In this document: positions 8,629 to 18,035 of the stretch, in pieces
How the letters are laid out: every line of letters starts with the position of its first letter
Position numbering within the stretch: position 1 is the stretch's first letter
Origin: Promethearchaeota archaeon
GTDB lineage: Archaea; Asgardarchaeota; Lokiarchaeia; Sigyniarchaeales; SOKP01
NCBI GenBank assembly: GCA_048938855.1
Contig: JBHLLT010000037.1
Location: forward strand, 1-20,829
DNA length: 20,829 nucleotides
Direction: 5' to 3'
Position numbers and translations under genes: made by a program
Notes under the pieces: generated by a model
The model's database searches: none
Seen by the model: the letters and a program-made list of their open reading frames with translations, nothing else
Told to the model about the DNA's origin: nothing

Positions 8629-10122
8629 ATGAGTCTTGAAAAAAACCTTTCATGGGAGTTTTTAAAAAATCTAGCAGAAGCTTTAGATTCATATAGAATC
8701 AGAGCTCTTATTGATGCTAAACGTGATATTTTAAAAGCAGGAGTATATAATGAAATCCAATATGAAACTATCCTCTATAATATGCTAGATGAAGAGAAAT
8801 TAAAATACTCTCTATTTAATTTTTTAAAAAATAACTCTGAAGGTAATTTAGAAACCTTAAATCAATTTTCTAAAATAAACTCTATTGAGTTAAAAAAGAC
8901 ATTGAGTTTATTTGAATTACTTAAAAATGAAAAATTAATTATCGTAGAAGAATTATATGATAAAATTAAAGGAGATGATAATAATCCAGAAAGATTAATC
9001 TTCAAAGACTTTTCAATTAAAGCTTTTGAAGGAGATATTTCAAAACTCAAACCAATCTATGAACCTGTAAAAGTTATTTTTGAATCTAAAAATTGCTCAG
9101 GTTGTGGTCTTTGCGCAGCAATCTGCCCAGCAAATTGTATTCATATTTATAATGGTTTTGGAAAAATTGATGAAGAAAAATGTATTCGATGCGGATTGTG
9201 CTATTTTGTTTGTCCTAGAACTTATTTACCTATGAAAATTTTAAATATGGCACAAGAAAATGTTTCTGAAATCAAGGACTATGGTAAAGTTGGATACTTT
9301 ATAGAAGCATACTCTGCTAGAACTAAAATAAAAGAGATTTCAGATATATGTCAAGATGGAGGAATTTCAAGCACTTGTATATATTATCTTTTAGAAAAAA
9401 ATAAGATCGATTATGCTATTGGCGCTAAAATGAGTAATACACTATGGCGACCAGAACCTTTTTTAATTAAAAATAAGGACGATATCCTTTCCTCAGCAGG
9501 TACTAAATACGTAAATAATCCCAACTTACAATTATTAAATGATCGCGAACTTAATGAGAAAAAAATTGCAGTTGTAGGAGTTCCGTGTCAAATGCAGGCA
9601 CTTCTGAAATCAAATATTTATAATATAGGATTTCCCTCGATTAATAATGTAGAATATCGAATTGGTATCTTCTGTATGGAATCGTTTTCTTATGAATCCC
9701 TTTTTAATATTTGTAAGAAATTAGAAGTTGATATAAATAATGCAAAAAAGATGGATATCAACAAAGGGAAATTCTTTGTATATACCCAAAAAGGTGAAGA
9801 ATTTAATATCCCTATCAAAGAAATTTCACATTTTGCTCGAGCAGACTGTGAGATGTGTTATGATTTAACTTCTGAATCTGCAGACATTTCAATCGGGTCA
9901 ATAGGTTCTCCTTCAGGATGGAATACAGTACTCATTAGAACTGAAAAAGGCAAAGAACTTTATAACGAATTGATTAAACATAAGTTAATTGAATCTAAGC
10001 CAATTACAGAGGTGAAACCTGGATTACCACTCTTAGAAAAAACGGCTAATTCCAAAAAAACTAAGAGTAAAAAACATATAAATTTAAAATTAGAAGAGAA
10101 CCAGAGAGTTCCAATTTATTAG
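8629..10122 (+). CDS. Coenzyme F420 hydrogenase/dehydrogenase beta-subunit family protein (FrhB/FpoF-like) with 2[4Fe-4S] ferredoxin domain and ~145-aa N-terminal extension
   Basis: CSGCGLCAAICP / CIRCGLCYFVCP; FrhB motifs QDGG, SAGTKY, VVGVPCQ, IGIFCMESF, CEMCYD...ADISIGSIGSPSGWNTVLIRTEKG. Confidence 0.9.
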   Translation: MSLEKNLSWEFLKNLAEALDSYRIRALIDAKRDILKAGVYNEIQYETILYNMLDEEKLKYSLFNFLKNNSEGNLETLNQFSKINSIELKKTLSLFELLKNEKLIIVEELYDKIKGDDNNPERLIFKDFSIKAFEGDISKLKPIYEPVKVIFESKNCSGCGLCAAICPANCIHIYNGFGKIDEEKCIRCGLCYFVCPRTYLPMKILNMAQENVSEIKDYGKVGYFIEAYSARTKIKEISDICQDGGISSTCIYYLLEKNKIDYAIGAKMSNTLWRPEPFLIKNKDDILSSAGTKYVNNPNLQLLNDRELNEKKIAVVGVPCQMQALLKSNIYNIGFPSINNVEYRIGIFCMESFSYESLFNICKKLEVDINNAKKMDINKGKFFVYTQKGEEFNIPIKEISHFARADCEMCYDLTSESADISIGSIGSPSGWNTVLIRTEKGKELYNELIKHKLIESKPITEVKPGLPLLEKTANSKKTKSKKHINLKLEENQRVPIY

Positions 10123-10254
10123 AATAGGAAAGTTTTAAGTAAAGTATGTACACTTAGACTTCTTCTCAAGGAAAACCAAAAATTTAATATTAAATTCTGT
10201 ATTTACTACCATTAAATCAAAAAAGTAAACATAAAATTAATTGATTGAGTTAGT

Positions 10255-10746
10255 ATGAGTTCTTTCTCGGCTGTTCGCCCAAAAAATTTTCGTGAAAAGG
10301 TGTTCTTTCGCAAATTAAGAGCACAAGTAGATGGAAATGCTAGAGTTGAACATGGATTAACACAAATTAGAGGAATTGGAAGAAGACTTTCACAAGCAAT
10401 TGTTAAAGTGGCAGGAATAGATCCAAATCTAAGAATTGGAACAATTGCTGAAAAAGATCTAAATAGATTAGAAGAGATAATTATAGCTCCTGTGGAAAAT
10501 GGTGTCCCAGGTTGGATGATAAATCGACCAAAGGATTTACGTACTGGTGCTGATCTTCATATCATTGGAAATAAATTAGAGATTACCGTAAGACAAGACA
10601 TTGATAGAATGAAAAAGATTAAGAGTTACAAAGGGATTCGACATCACTTAAAATTAAAAGTCCGTGGTCAAAGAACAAAAAGTACAGGTCGTCATGGCTT
10701 AGTTATTGGTGTTGTAAGAAGAAAGAAAGGTCAACAACAAAAATAA
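10255..10746 (+). CDS. rps13: 30S ribosomal protein uS13
   Basis: GLTQIRGIGRR, PGWMINRPKD, SYKGIRH..LKVRGQRTKSTGR. Confidence 0.97.
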   Translation: MSSFSAVRPKNFREKVFFRKLRAQVDGNARVEHGLTQIRGIGRRLSQAIVKVAGIDPNLRIGTIAEKDLNRLEEIIIAPVENGVPGWMINRPKDLRTGADLHIIGNKLEITVRQDIDRMKKIKSYKGIRHHLKLKVRGQRTKSTGRHGLVIGVVRRKKGQQQK

Positions 10747-10767
10747 TGAATAATAAAAGGTGAGAAT

Positions 10768-11271
10768 ATGGGAGATCCAAGACGGTTAAAGAAGAAATTT
10801 AAGAAACCTAAACATCCCTTTCAAAAGGATCGAATATTGGAAGAACTCGAATTCGTCGGTAAATATGGGCTCAGAAATAAACGTGAATTCTGGAAAATGC
10901 GTACAATGCTAGGAAATTGGCGTGATATTGCTCGACAATCTAGAACATTATCTGAAGAACGTGCGAAGGAAGTACAACAGACTTTAATAAAAAAGTTAAA
11001 TCGGTTAGGTATTATAGGTTCAGAAGCAGAGTTTGAAGATGTACTGCTTTTAACGCCAGAAGATGTCCTAAAGAGAAGACTTCAAACTCTTGTCTATGAG
11101 AGAGGACTTGCTAGTACCATTTATCAAGCAAGACAATATATTACTCATGGTCATATTCAAGTTGGTGGAAAAAAGATAAATACTCCTTCCTACATTGTTA
11201 AAAGAGATGAGGAAGAGCTTATCGATTTTACTCCGCAAAGTCCATTATCAGCTGTAAAAGAAAAAAGTTAA
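10768..11271 (+). CDS. rps4: 30S ribosomal protein uS4
   Basis: MGDP...PKHP, YGLRNKRE, RRLQTLV...GLA.TIYQARQYITHGHI S4 domain; AAGGTGA SD. Confidence 0.97.
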   Translation: MGDPRRLKKKFKKPKHPFQKDRILEELEFVGKYGLRNKREFWKMRTMLGNWRDIARQSRTLSEERAKEVQQTLIKKLNRLGIIGSEAEFEDVLLLTPEDVLKRRLQTLVYERGLASTIYQARQYITHGHIQVGGKKINTPSYIVKRDEEELIDFTPQSPLSAVKEKS

Positions 11272-11284
11272 GCAGGGTTGAATT

Positions 11285-11683
11285 ATGAGTAGAAGAGAAG
11301 AAATTAAATGGGCAATTGTTCATATCTTTAGTTCTTATAATAATACGATTGTTACCGCTACAGATTTAAGTGGTGCAGAAACTTTCGCCAAATGTTCTGG
11401 GGGTATGGTAGTCAAAGCTGACCGCGACGAAAGTAATCCCTATGCAGCAATGCAATGTGGTTTCCGTGTGGCAAACGATCTTCGAGATAAAGGTGTTACA
11501 GGAATACATATAAAAGTAAGAGCTCCCGGTGGAAATAAATCTCAAACACCAGGACCAGGTGCTCAAGCCTGTATCCGAGCACTCGCAAGGGCTGGTTTGC
11601 AAGTTGGTAGGATTGAAGAAGTAACCCCTAAATCCCATGATCACTGTAGAAGGAAGGGTGGTCACAGGGGAAGGCGCGTATAA
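11285..11683 (+). CDS. rps11: 30S ribosomal protein uS11
   Basis: [40 protein letters not shown]-terminal RGRRV. Confidence 0.97.
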   Translation: MSRREEIKWAIVHIFSSYNNTIVTATDLSGAETFAKCSGGMVVKADRDESNPYAAMQCGFRVANDLRDKGVTGIHIKVRAPGGNKSQTPGPGAQACIRALARAGLQVGRIEEVTPKSHDHCRRKGGHRGRRV

Positions 11684-11744
11684 ATTAGCACGCCCTATTT
11701 ATTGATTTGGAAGGATTATTTATCCAAAAACTACCTTTTTATCC

Positions 11745-11993
11745 CTATCTCATAAAAATTACTCCTATTATTATTAACATGATCACAGCCAGGATGCAAA
11801 TTATTCCAAATACCATTTCTTCATGTTCAACTAAATCCTTTTTTTTTTCAAGACTTAATTCCTCACCACAATTTGGGCAAAAGGAGGGTGGCTTTCTAAA
11901 TACATAATTTTTAAAGGGACTATATTTTAGATAGATTTTCTTTCCACATTTTGGACATCTTGGCTGGAATAAGCTTTTTTTAGTTGAGCTCAT
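11745..11993 (-). CDS. Small zinc-ribbon protein with C-terminal transmembrane helix
   Basis: CPKC and CPNC pairs; hydrophobic C-terminus MVFGIICILAVIMLIIIGVIF. Confidence 0.7.
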   Translation of the reverse strand: MSSTKKSLFQPRCPKCGKKIYLKYSPFKNYVFRKPPSFCPNCGEELSLEKKKDLVEHEEMVFGIICILAVIMLIIIGVIFMR

Positions 11994-12176
11994 TTTGAAA
12001 TTTCAAATATGTAAGGATTCTTTACTCTGTAAATAACATAACTGATATAAAAATTTATTTGGAAGTAGGATTCAAATTCTTTTACCATCGCAAAGAAATA
12101 TATTAATGAAATGTTTTTAAATACTTAAAGACATATTTTAAGAGATAATTAAAATAAACAATTCAAGTCGTCTTTC

Positions 12177-13691
12177 ATGAGTGAAGAAGAGAAGTTCAAT
12201 TCTACAATACAGGAAATTAAAGATATTTATGTTTATTTGACACAGGGAGAACCAACTCCAGATGATGAGATTACTGCTCGGGAAAAATTAATTAATCAGA
12301 TTCAAACTTTAAAAATTGTAAAAAATAATGATGCAGAAGAGAATATGGATTTGTTCGATGATACATTAAATAAATTAGAAAGTTGGGATACATTAGAACT
12401 TTGGTTTGTAGAATCTGAATTACCAGGCAATATTGAGAAAATTATCAAAATTATTGGTGCCTTACCTGAATTTGAATCTAAAAAAGCTGATGTTGAAGAA
12501 TCTCCAACCACTCGATTACATGAAGATTTAGAGACTGCTAGTTTTGATATAAATCAGATTGTAAATAGAGTTTCAGAACAATTTAAAGGCGAGATAGACG
12601 ATTTAAAACATAAGATAGATGTTCTTAAAACAGAGATAGAGAAGAAAGATGAAACTCTCAAACAAGTTTCTCAAAGACGACTTGTTAAAAAAATTATTCC
12701 AAAAAAAGATGTGAAATTACCTCCTCCGAAAATCAAACTTCCAGTGTTTAAAAAACCCGAACATCCACCTCATATTAAAGTACCCAGCGAACCTAAGACA
12801 GAAACACCTAAAAAATCAATAGGAATTAAGTCGATTGAGGATGTTCAATCAAGAATTGAACATACTTTAGAAAGACTAGAGACCTTTCCTATTCTTGAAA
12901 AAATTCACGATATTGAAGAAGAACCATTAGATCAAAAAGAAGATGAAAAAATAATTACCGAAATTCCAAAAGAATCTGAATCCATAATAGATATTCTAGA
13001 AGAATCTGATGTTCCATCAAAACCACACGAACCACCTAAATTTACCGAAATGCCTGAAAAACCTAAGAAGAGAACTCTAGTACCAGAAATAATAGAAGTT
13101 GAAACTAAGGAAGGAGAAGAAAAAATACCATTTACAATCGAAAAACCTGATTTATTTGAAGAACCTACTGTTAAAGAACCTGAATTTATTGAAAAATCCC
13201 CTGTGTTGCCAACACCTAAATTTACAGAAGTCAGTATAGAAGAAATTGAAGCAGAAGAAATTCATTCGACCGGGACTGAATTATTTAATGTATTTTCTTC
13301 AGTAGGAGAAAAATCAGCTGAAAAGATACCTACTTTAGATGAAACTTTCACTCCAGCAAAAAGTAAAAGGAAGAAAAAGGAAGAAAAAAGTAACGCTATA
13401 GCTTTTGTTGGATTTAATGATTCTGAACCTGAAATAAGAAGTTACAATAAACCTGAAGCTGAAATTGAAGAAACGTTACCCTCTGATAAAGATTCTTTAT
13501 ACCAAGAACTAATTGCTCTTGAGGGTAAACGTTATTCATTAGAAAAATCATTTAAAGACATAGAAAAATATTACAGTTCTGGCTCTATTGATGACAGTGA
13601 GTATAAAAAACAAAGTGATGAGCTTAGAGGAAAGCTTAATGGTATTACCTCGAAAATTAACAGAATAAGACGTGTTATTTCGAGTATTTAA
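12177..13691 (+). CDS. Hypothetical protein with coiled coil, Pro/Glu/Lys-rich linker and C-terminal steadiness-box (Vps23/TSG101 core)-like helical hairpin
   Basis: 504-aa ORF; coiled coil near aa 120-165; KLPPPKIKLP Pro-rich tract; C-terminal LYQELIAL...LE...G.ID..EY.K...L pattern. Confidence 0.7.
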   Translation: MSEEEKFNSTIQEIKDIYVYLTQGEPTPDDEITAREKLINQIQTLKIVKNNDAEENMDLFDDTLNKLESWDTLELWFVESELPGNIEKIIKIIGALPEFESKKADVEESPTTRLHEDLETASFDINQIVNRVSEQFKGEIDDLKHKIDVLKTEIEKKDETLKQVSQRRLVKKIIPKKDVKLPPPKIKLPVFKKPEHPPHIKVPSEPKTETPKKSIGIKSIEDVQSRIEHTLERLETFPILEKIHDIEEEPLDQKEDEKIITEIPKESESIIDILEESDVPSKPHEPPKFTEMPEKPKKRTLVPEIIEVETKEGEEKIPFTIEKPDLFEEPTVKEPEFIEKSPVLPTPKFTEVSIEEIEAEEIHSTGTELFNVFSSVGEKSAEKIPTLDETFTPAKSKRKKKEEKSNAIAFVGFNDSEPEIRSYNKPEAEIEETLPSDKDSLYQELIALEGKRYSLEKSFKDIEKYYSSGSIDDSEYKKQSDELRGKLNGITSKINRIRRVISSI

Positions 13692-13693
13692 AT

Positions 13694-14467
13694 TCAATCT
13701 GATTTAATTGTTTTTATTTTAAAGATAGGTGGCATAATATGTTTATGATGTGCTGATTTCATCATGTTCTTTACATTTTTTACATGATCTTGGTTTAGGT
13801 CAGTTAAAGCTAAATTATTATCAATTCTATATATAATTTCATCTAGGACATCATATGTTATACCAATTTCATCTTCATCAGTTTGCCCTTCCCATAATCC
13901 AGCGCTTGGTGGTTTAATTATAATTTCTTCGGGAATTCCGAGTAATTTTGCAATCTTACTTACTTCACATTTATAAAATCCCCCAATTGGTTCTATATCT
14001 ACACCTCCGTCACCATATTTAGTAAAATACCCAATAGCTATTTCTGTTCTATTGCTAGTACCTGCCACAATAGACTTTCCTAAAGACTGGCCTATGAAAT
14101 AAATAGTCATCATCCTTAATCTAGGTTTTAAGTTTGCTATTGCCAAGCTATTAGATTCAATTACTGAGGCTGATTTTTTCATAAATTCATTGTAGACATT
14201 TTCTAAATCAAAAATGATAAATCTTATTCCTAAGTTTTTAGCTAATGCATTGGCATCCTTCAAATCTTGAGGATTTGATGAACAGGGTAATCCTAGGCCT
14301 ATTACATTTTCCTTACCAAGTGCTCTAACACATAAAGTCGTCGTTACAGCACTATCAATTCCTCCGCTAATTCCTACTACAATAGATTTAACATTTGCTG
14401 TATTTACATAATCTTTAATCCATTTTTGTATGTCTGATATAATTTTTTCATATTCAAGTTCTCTCAT
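13694..14467 (-). CDS. nadE: NH3-dependent NAD+ synthetase
   Basis: GISGGIDSAV, NLKPRLRM, GTSNRTE..IGYFTKYGDGG, KPPSAGLWEGQTDE; no glutaminase domain. Confidence 0.96.
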   Translation of the reverse strand: MRELEYEKIISDIQKWIKDYVNTANVKSIVVGISGGIDSAVTTTLCVRALGKENVIGLGLPCSSNPQDLKDANALAKNLGIRFIIFDLENVYNEFMKKSASVIESNSLAIANLKPRLRMMTIYFIGQSLGKSIVAGTSNRTEIAIGYFTKYGDGGVDIEPIGGFYKCEVSKIAKLLGIPEEIIIKPPSAGLWEGQTDEDEIGITYDVLDEIIYRIDNNLALTDLNQDHVKNVKNMMKSAHHKHIMPPIFKIKTIKSD

Positions 14468-14611
14468 AATTTTACTCTGACCATTATTATTTTATTATTT
14501 TTTTTGCATAAACTTAAAAGATAGGATAAAAATGTTATAACTATAAAATTAAAAAAACAAACTTTACTTTATCTAATAGAAGTAATATATTTTTATAAGA
14601 ATTGATGTAAA

Positions 14612-15022
14612 ATGAGTGAAGAATTTAAGGCAATAGTAGATTCTTCTTTCGACAATGGTACACCATTATGGATTTACACTCAAGATTATATTTATGGTAT
14701 AGTGCCAACCGCTGCAGGTAAATGGTTAGAAGTTTCTTATACTTTTGAAGATACTGCTGAACCTTTAATGAAAGGAGAAAAAAGTCCAGATTTTGCTTAT
14801 CAATTAATGATGGAAGAGATTTCAAAAGGTCTTACATTTTATGTTGAAGATTTAAAAGTTCCTCTATTAAAAGAATTCGCGGGAAGCACTGGAAAATCAG
14901 GTTCTGATCTAATTAATGCTGTAATTGGAGAATTAGTGAACAGTACGGAAAAATACACAAGTAATACAGATTTTATCATTAAAAGTAAAGATGAGTTAGG
15001 AAAACTCAAAGAAAAAGTATAA
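14612..15022 (+). CDS. Hypothetical protein
   Basis: 136-aa ORF with globular composition, divergent from nadE; family not recognised. Confidence 0.7.
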   Translation: MSEEFKAIVDSSFDNGTPLWIYTQDYIYGIVPTAAGKWLEVSYTFEDTAEPLMKGEKSPDFAYQLMMEEISKGLTFYVEDLKVPLLKEFAGSTGKSGSDLINAVIGELVNSTEKYTSNTDFIIKSKDELGKLKEKV

Positions 15023-15030
15023 TTCTTTAT

Positions 15031-15525
15031 CTATATATATAATCCACGCCGTTGTGGATACTTTTTAGAAAATTCTTTATCAATACGCCGTCCTAGTGCT
15101 GGAGCTATATTAGGATCCTGATCATTTATTAATTTTTTGAAATAATCACCATGCTCTTGCGAAAATTTTTCAATACCAGATGCTACTATATTTTGATTAT
15201 TTTTAATAGGAACTATCATCCCAAATAATCGTAGCATATCATTAGGCGACATTTTTCTTCCAATCTTTTCATCGATATCCTTATCTAAGTTTCTCACAAC
15301 TGTACCCATGCTTAAAGCTGAATAAGGACTTAATTGCTTTGATTTTAACCAAAAAGTATTAGGCTTTTTTGATATAAATGTATCTAAATTGCCATGATTA
15401 TCATTTGAACCTATCACTCTCCAATCCTTTCTATCTTTATCATATTCCTTTTTCATTTTTTTAATTACTGAGCTGATTGGAGCTACTCCGTAATAATCTT
15501 TCTCTTCCTCTTTATCACTAGTCAT
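15031..15525 (-). CDS. Hypothetical protein (archaeal conserved-hypothetical-like)
   Basis: 164-aa ORF; the KDWRVIG...LKS...PY...GTVVRNLDKDID segment recalls an uncharacterised euryarchaeal family (from memory, unverified). Confidence 0.7.
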   Translation of the reverse strand: MTSDKEEEKDYYGVAPISSVIKKMKKEYDKDRKDWRVIGSNDNHGNLDTFISKKPNTFWLKSKQLSPYSALSMGTVVRNLDKDIDEKIGRKMSPNDMLRLFGMIVPIKNNQNIVASGIEKFSQEHGDYFKKLINDQDPNIAPALGRRIDKEFSKKYPQRRGLYI

Positions 15526-15647
15526 AGTATCCTATTATATTAAGGTAATTTAACTATAAAAATTCTAAGGAAATATCCTATAAACAATAAAATATTTTAA
15601 ATCGAAAATTATAGATGATATACAAAAGAATTTTGAAATTGTAAAAA

Positions 15648-17528
15648 GTGGAAAATCAAAATAATCTTGAAAGATTCAAGGAATTCATTGAATATCTTGA
15701 TAAAGTTCTAAAAACTAATAATTTTAAAGAAATTTCTAAGTTCTTTCCTTTAATCGAGAGATTCGAACAATTGTTTTTAAGTGGATATGACAAACGGAAG
15801 AAAGAGGGTACATTTTATACAAGTAAAAGCATATCTGATTTTATTGTTAATGAAGTATTGTTGTGTTTAATTGATAAGAACATAAATAAGGACACTCAAA
15901 ATATCAAGTTAATTCAGAATTTAGATAATATCCTAAAATCTAATCAAGATAACAAGCAAGAGATCATAGATTTATTGTTAAATAGCACAATTTGCGATCC
16001 AGCGTGTGGTTCAGGTGGTTTTCTCTTAAGTGCTGCTAATAGTATTTATAATACTATTATCAAATTGAATTGTCAATTACCAGATATTCAGATTAAGAAA
16101 CATATATTATCAAATTTATATGGATTTGATATAAATGAATACCCAATTAAATTATGCATTTTAAGACTTTTAAGATGGTTTAATTATGAGAATAAATCAG
16201 AACTTGAAGAAATAATTTCAACTTTAAAATCAAATTTGAAAATACAAAATAGTATAATCAATGCTAAATTTCCGCACTTTGACATCATAGTTGGTAATCC
16301 CCCTTATGGGAATATATTAAATCAAAAAGAAAAAGAATTTCTTAAAAAAGAGAGTATTTTCTTTAAAGATATTTATTGTACTTTCCTAATAAAAGCTTTA
16401 GAATGGAGTAATCAAGTTATCGGGTTTTTAGTTCCAAAAAGTTTTCTCCTAAGGCAAAGTTATATTCGTTTTAGAAATAATTTCCTTTCAAAAGCAAATA
16501 TTTTAAAAATATTTGATATTGGCTCAAAAATTTTTAAGAGAGCTACAAATGAAGTTCAAATTATAATTTATGAAAAAAATGAGTTTCCTGAACGAGATTT
16601 AACCATTTACGATTATCCTAACATGAAGATAATTACATATCCGAAGCAAACTGTAGATTCTTTAAGAATTTGTTTTAATTTAGAATGTCCATTATGTCTA
16701 AAATCTAAAAAGTTATACGCATATACTTATAAGAATATATGTCCATATTGTAAAACAAATACAACCAAATTAAATAGGATTAGAATTAAACCAACAAAGC
16801 AAATATTAGATTTAATAGAAAAAATTGAAACAAAGGGAGATTTAAATTATTTAAATCCTGTAGATTTCCCAAAAATGATTAGAGGCGAAGAAGAGATTGG
16901 TTTAGAGACAGTTAAGAGAAATTTATTAAAAGACACGAGCGGTTCTTGCTATTTTATAAGTGCTAGAAATGATTTCAGTTATTATTCCTTCAACAAAAAT
17001 AAATCTTTCAACATTGAAGCTTTAGATCCAAAAATCTTGAAAGGAAATGAATTTGAATATTATATAAAACCGAAATTATTAATAAAACACAATAATATAA
17101 TCCCAGAAGCGATTTTTACAAATGAGAAGGTTTGTTTTACATCATCAATTTATTCATTGCTTCATAAGGATATTAATGAATTAAAGTATTTATGCGCTAT
17201 TCTCAATTCAATCTTAATTCAATTTTATTGTATTTATGCAATCAACAATCAAAAAGATACAACTATTAATTTAAACCAATATATGATTAGACATTTACCT
17301 ATTATCAAACTTAATGATGAAATTAAAAATAAGATCGTAAGTAAAGTTGAAATAATTGATTTATTATTGCTGAAGAATCGTAAAACCACTTCAGATAAAT
17401 ATTATCAGGAATTAAGAGAAATTGATGATACATTTTTTAAATTATATTCAATAACCAGTAAAGAAGCAAATCTGATTATTTCAAAAACCAAAAATCAAAT
17501 TAAACATTTTGAATCTATTTATAAGTAA
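15648..17528 (+). CDS. N6-adenine DNA methyltransferase, gamma class (Eco57I/TaqI-like) with C-terminal target-recognition domain
   Basis: GTFYT motif X, DPACGSG motif I, YGFDIN, FDIIVGNPPY motif IV, TaqI-C-like YLCAILNS..I.FY...LPI; GTG start. Confidence 0.9.
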   Translation: MENQNNLERFKEFIEYLDKVLKTNNFKEISKFFPLIERFEQLFLSGYDKRKKEGTFYTSKSISDFIVNEVLLCLIDKNINKDTQNIKLIQNLDNILKSNQDNKQEIIDLLLNSTICDPACGSGGFLLSAANSIYNTIIKLNCQLPDIQIKKHILSNLYGFDINEYPIKLCILRLLRWFNYENKSELEEIISTLKSNLKIQNSIINAKFPHFDIIVGNPPYGNILNQKEKEFLKKESIFFKDIYCTFLIKALEWSNQVIGFLVPKSFLLRQSYIRFRNNFLSKANILKIFDIGSKIFKRATNEVQIIIYEKNEFPERDLTIYDYPNMKIITYPKQTVDSLRICFNLECPLCLKSKKLYAYTYKNICPYCKTNTTKLNRIRIKPTKQILDLIEKIETKGDLNYLNPVDFPKMIRGEEEIGLETVKRNLLKDTSGSCYFISARNDFSYYSFNKNKSFNIEALDPKILKGNEFEYYIKPKLLIKHNNIIPEAIFTNEKVCFTSSIYSLLHKDINELKYLCAILNSILIQFYCIYAINNQKDTTINLNQYMIRHLPIIKLNDEIKNKIVSKVEIIDLLLLKNRKTTSDKYYQELREIDDTFFKLYSITSKEANLIISKTKNQIKHFESIYK

Positions 17529-17537
17529 TGAGTTTAT

Positions 17538-18035
17538 TCACTCGATTTCTTCTCTAAAATGAAAATTACATATATTATCTCCTAAACCCATAAACTTATT
17601 CCGTTCTATTTTTATATTAGGATTAAAGTTTCCTATGATTGCATTATAGAAAGGAATACAAAAATCATTACAAATTAATGGAATTTTGTTTTTTCGTTCT
17701 GGATTTCTATCCATTGTTGCTTTATATGGGCACTCAATTATCTTAATATTTACTTCAAATCCAGAAGTTTGATTAATTGAATATTTCCAACCCTCAACAG
17801 ACCAACGAAATGTAAGAATTTCAATTAAATCAATCAAACTATTGGTTTCAATACTTAAGTATTTCTTAATCCTCCGAAAAATTATTTCCATAAGTTTTAT
17901 CCAAACTTTTTTATCGATTTTTAGAGCAATTTGCCCACCTACTTCTTTTTCTGTTTCTAGCATCCATAACCCATCCAATGTAAAGAAACTCTTCTGAAAA
18001 TAATATAATTTATCAGCATCATTTACTTCTCTCAT
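17538..18035 (-). CDS. DUF6125 / V4R-like ligand-binding protein
   Basis: FFTLDGLW..E...G...A..ID..VW N-terminus; ECPY, LIC...C...Y, NPNI, C.F.F C-terminus. Confidence 0.7.
   Translation of the reverse strand: MREVNDADKLYYFQKSFFTLDGLWMLETEKEVGGQIALKIDKKVWIKLMEIIFRRIKKYLSIETNSLIDLIEILTFRWSVEGWKYSINQTSGFEVNIKIIECPYKATMDRNPERKNKIPLICNDFCIPFYNAIIGNFNPNIKIERNKFMGLGDNICNFHFREEIE

Noticed and set aside
11707-11907. Plus-strand 66-aa ORF after rps11
   Set aside because: Antisense to the Zn-ribbon/TM ORF, which has clear motifs; it is not RpoD.
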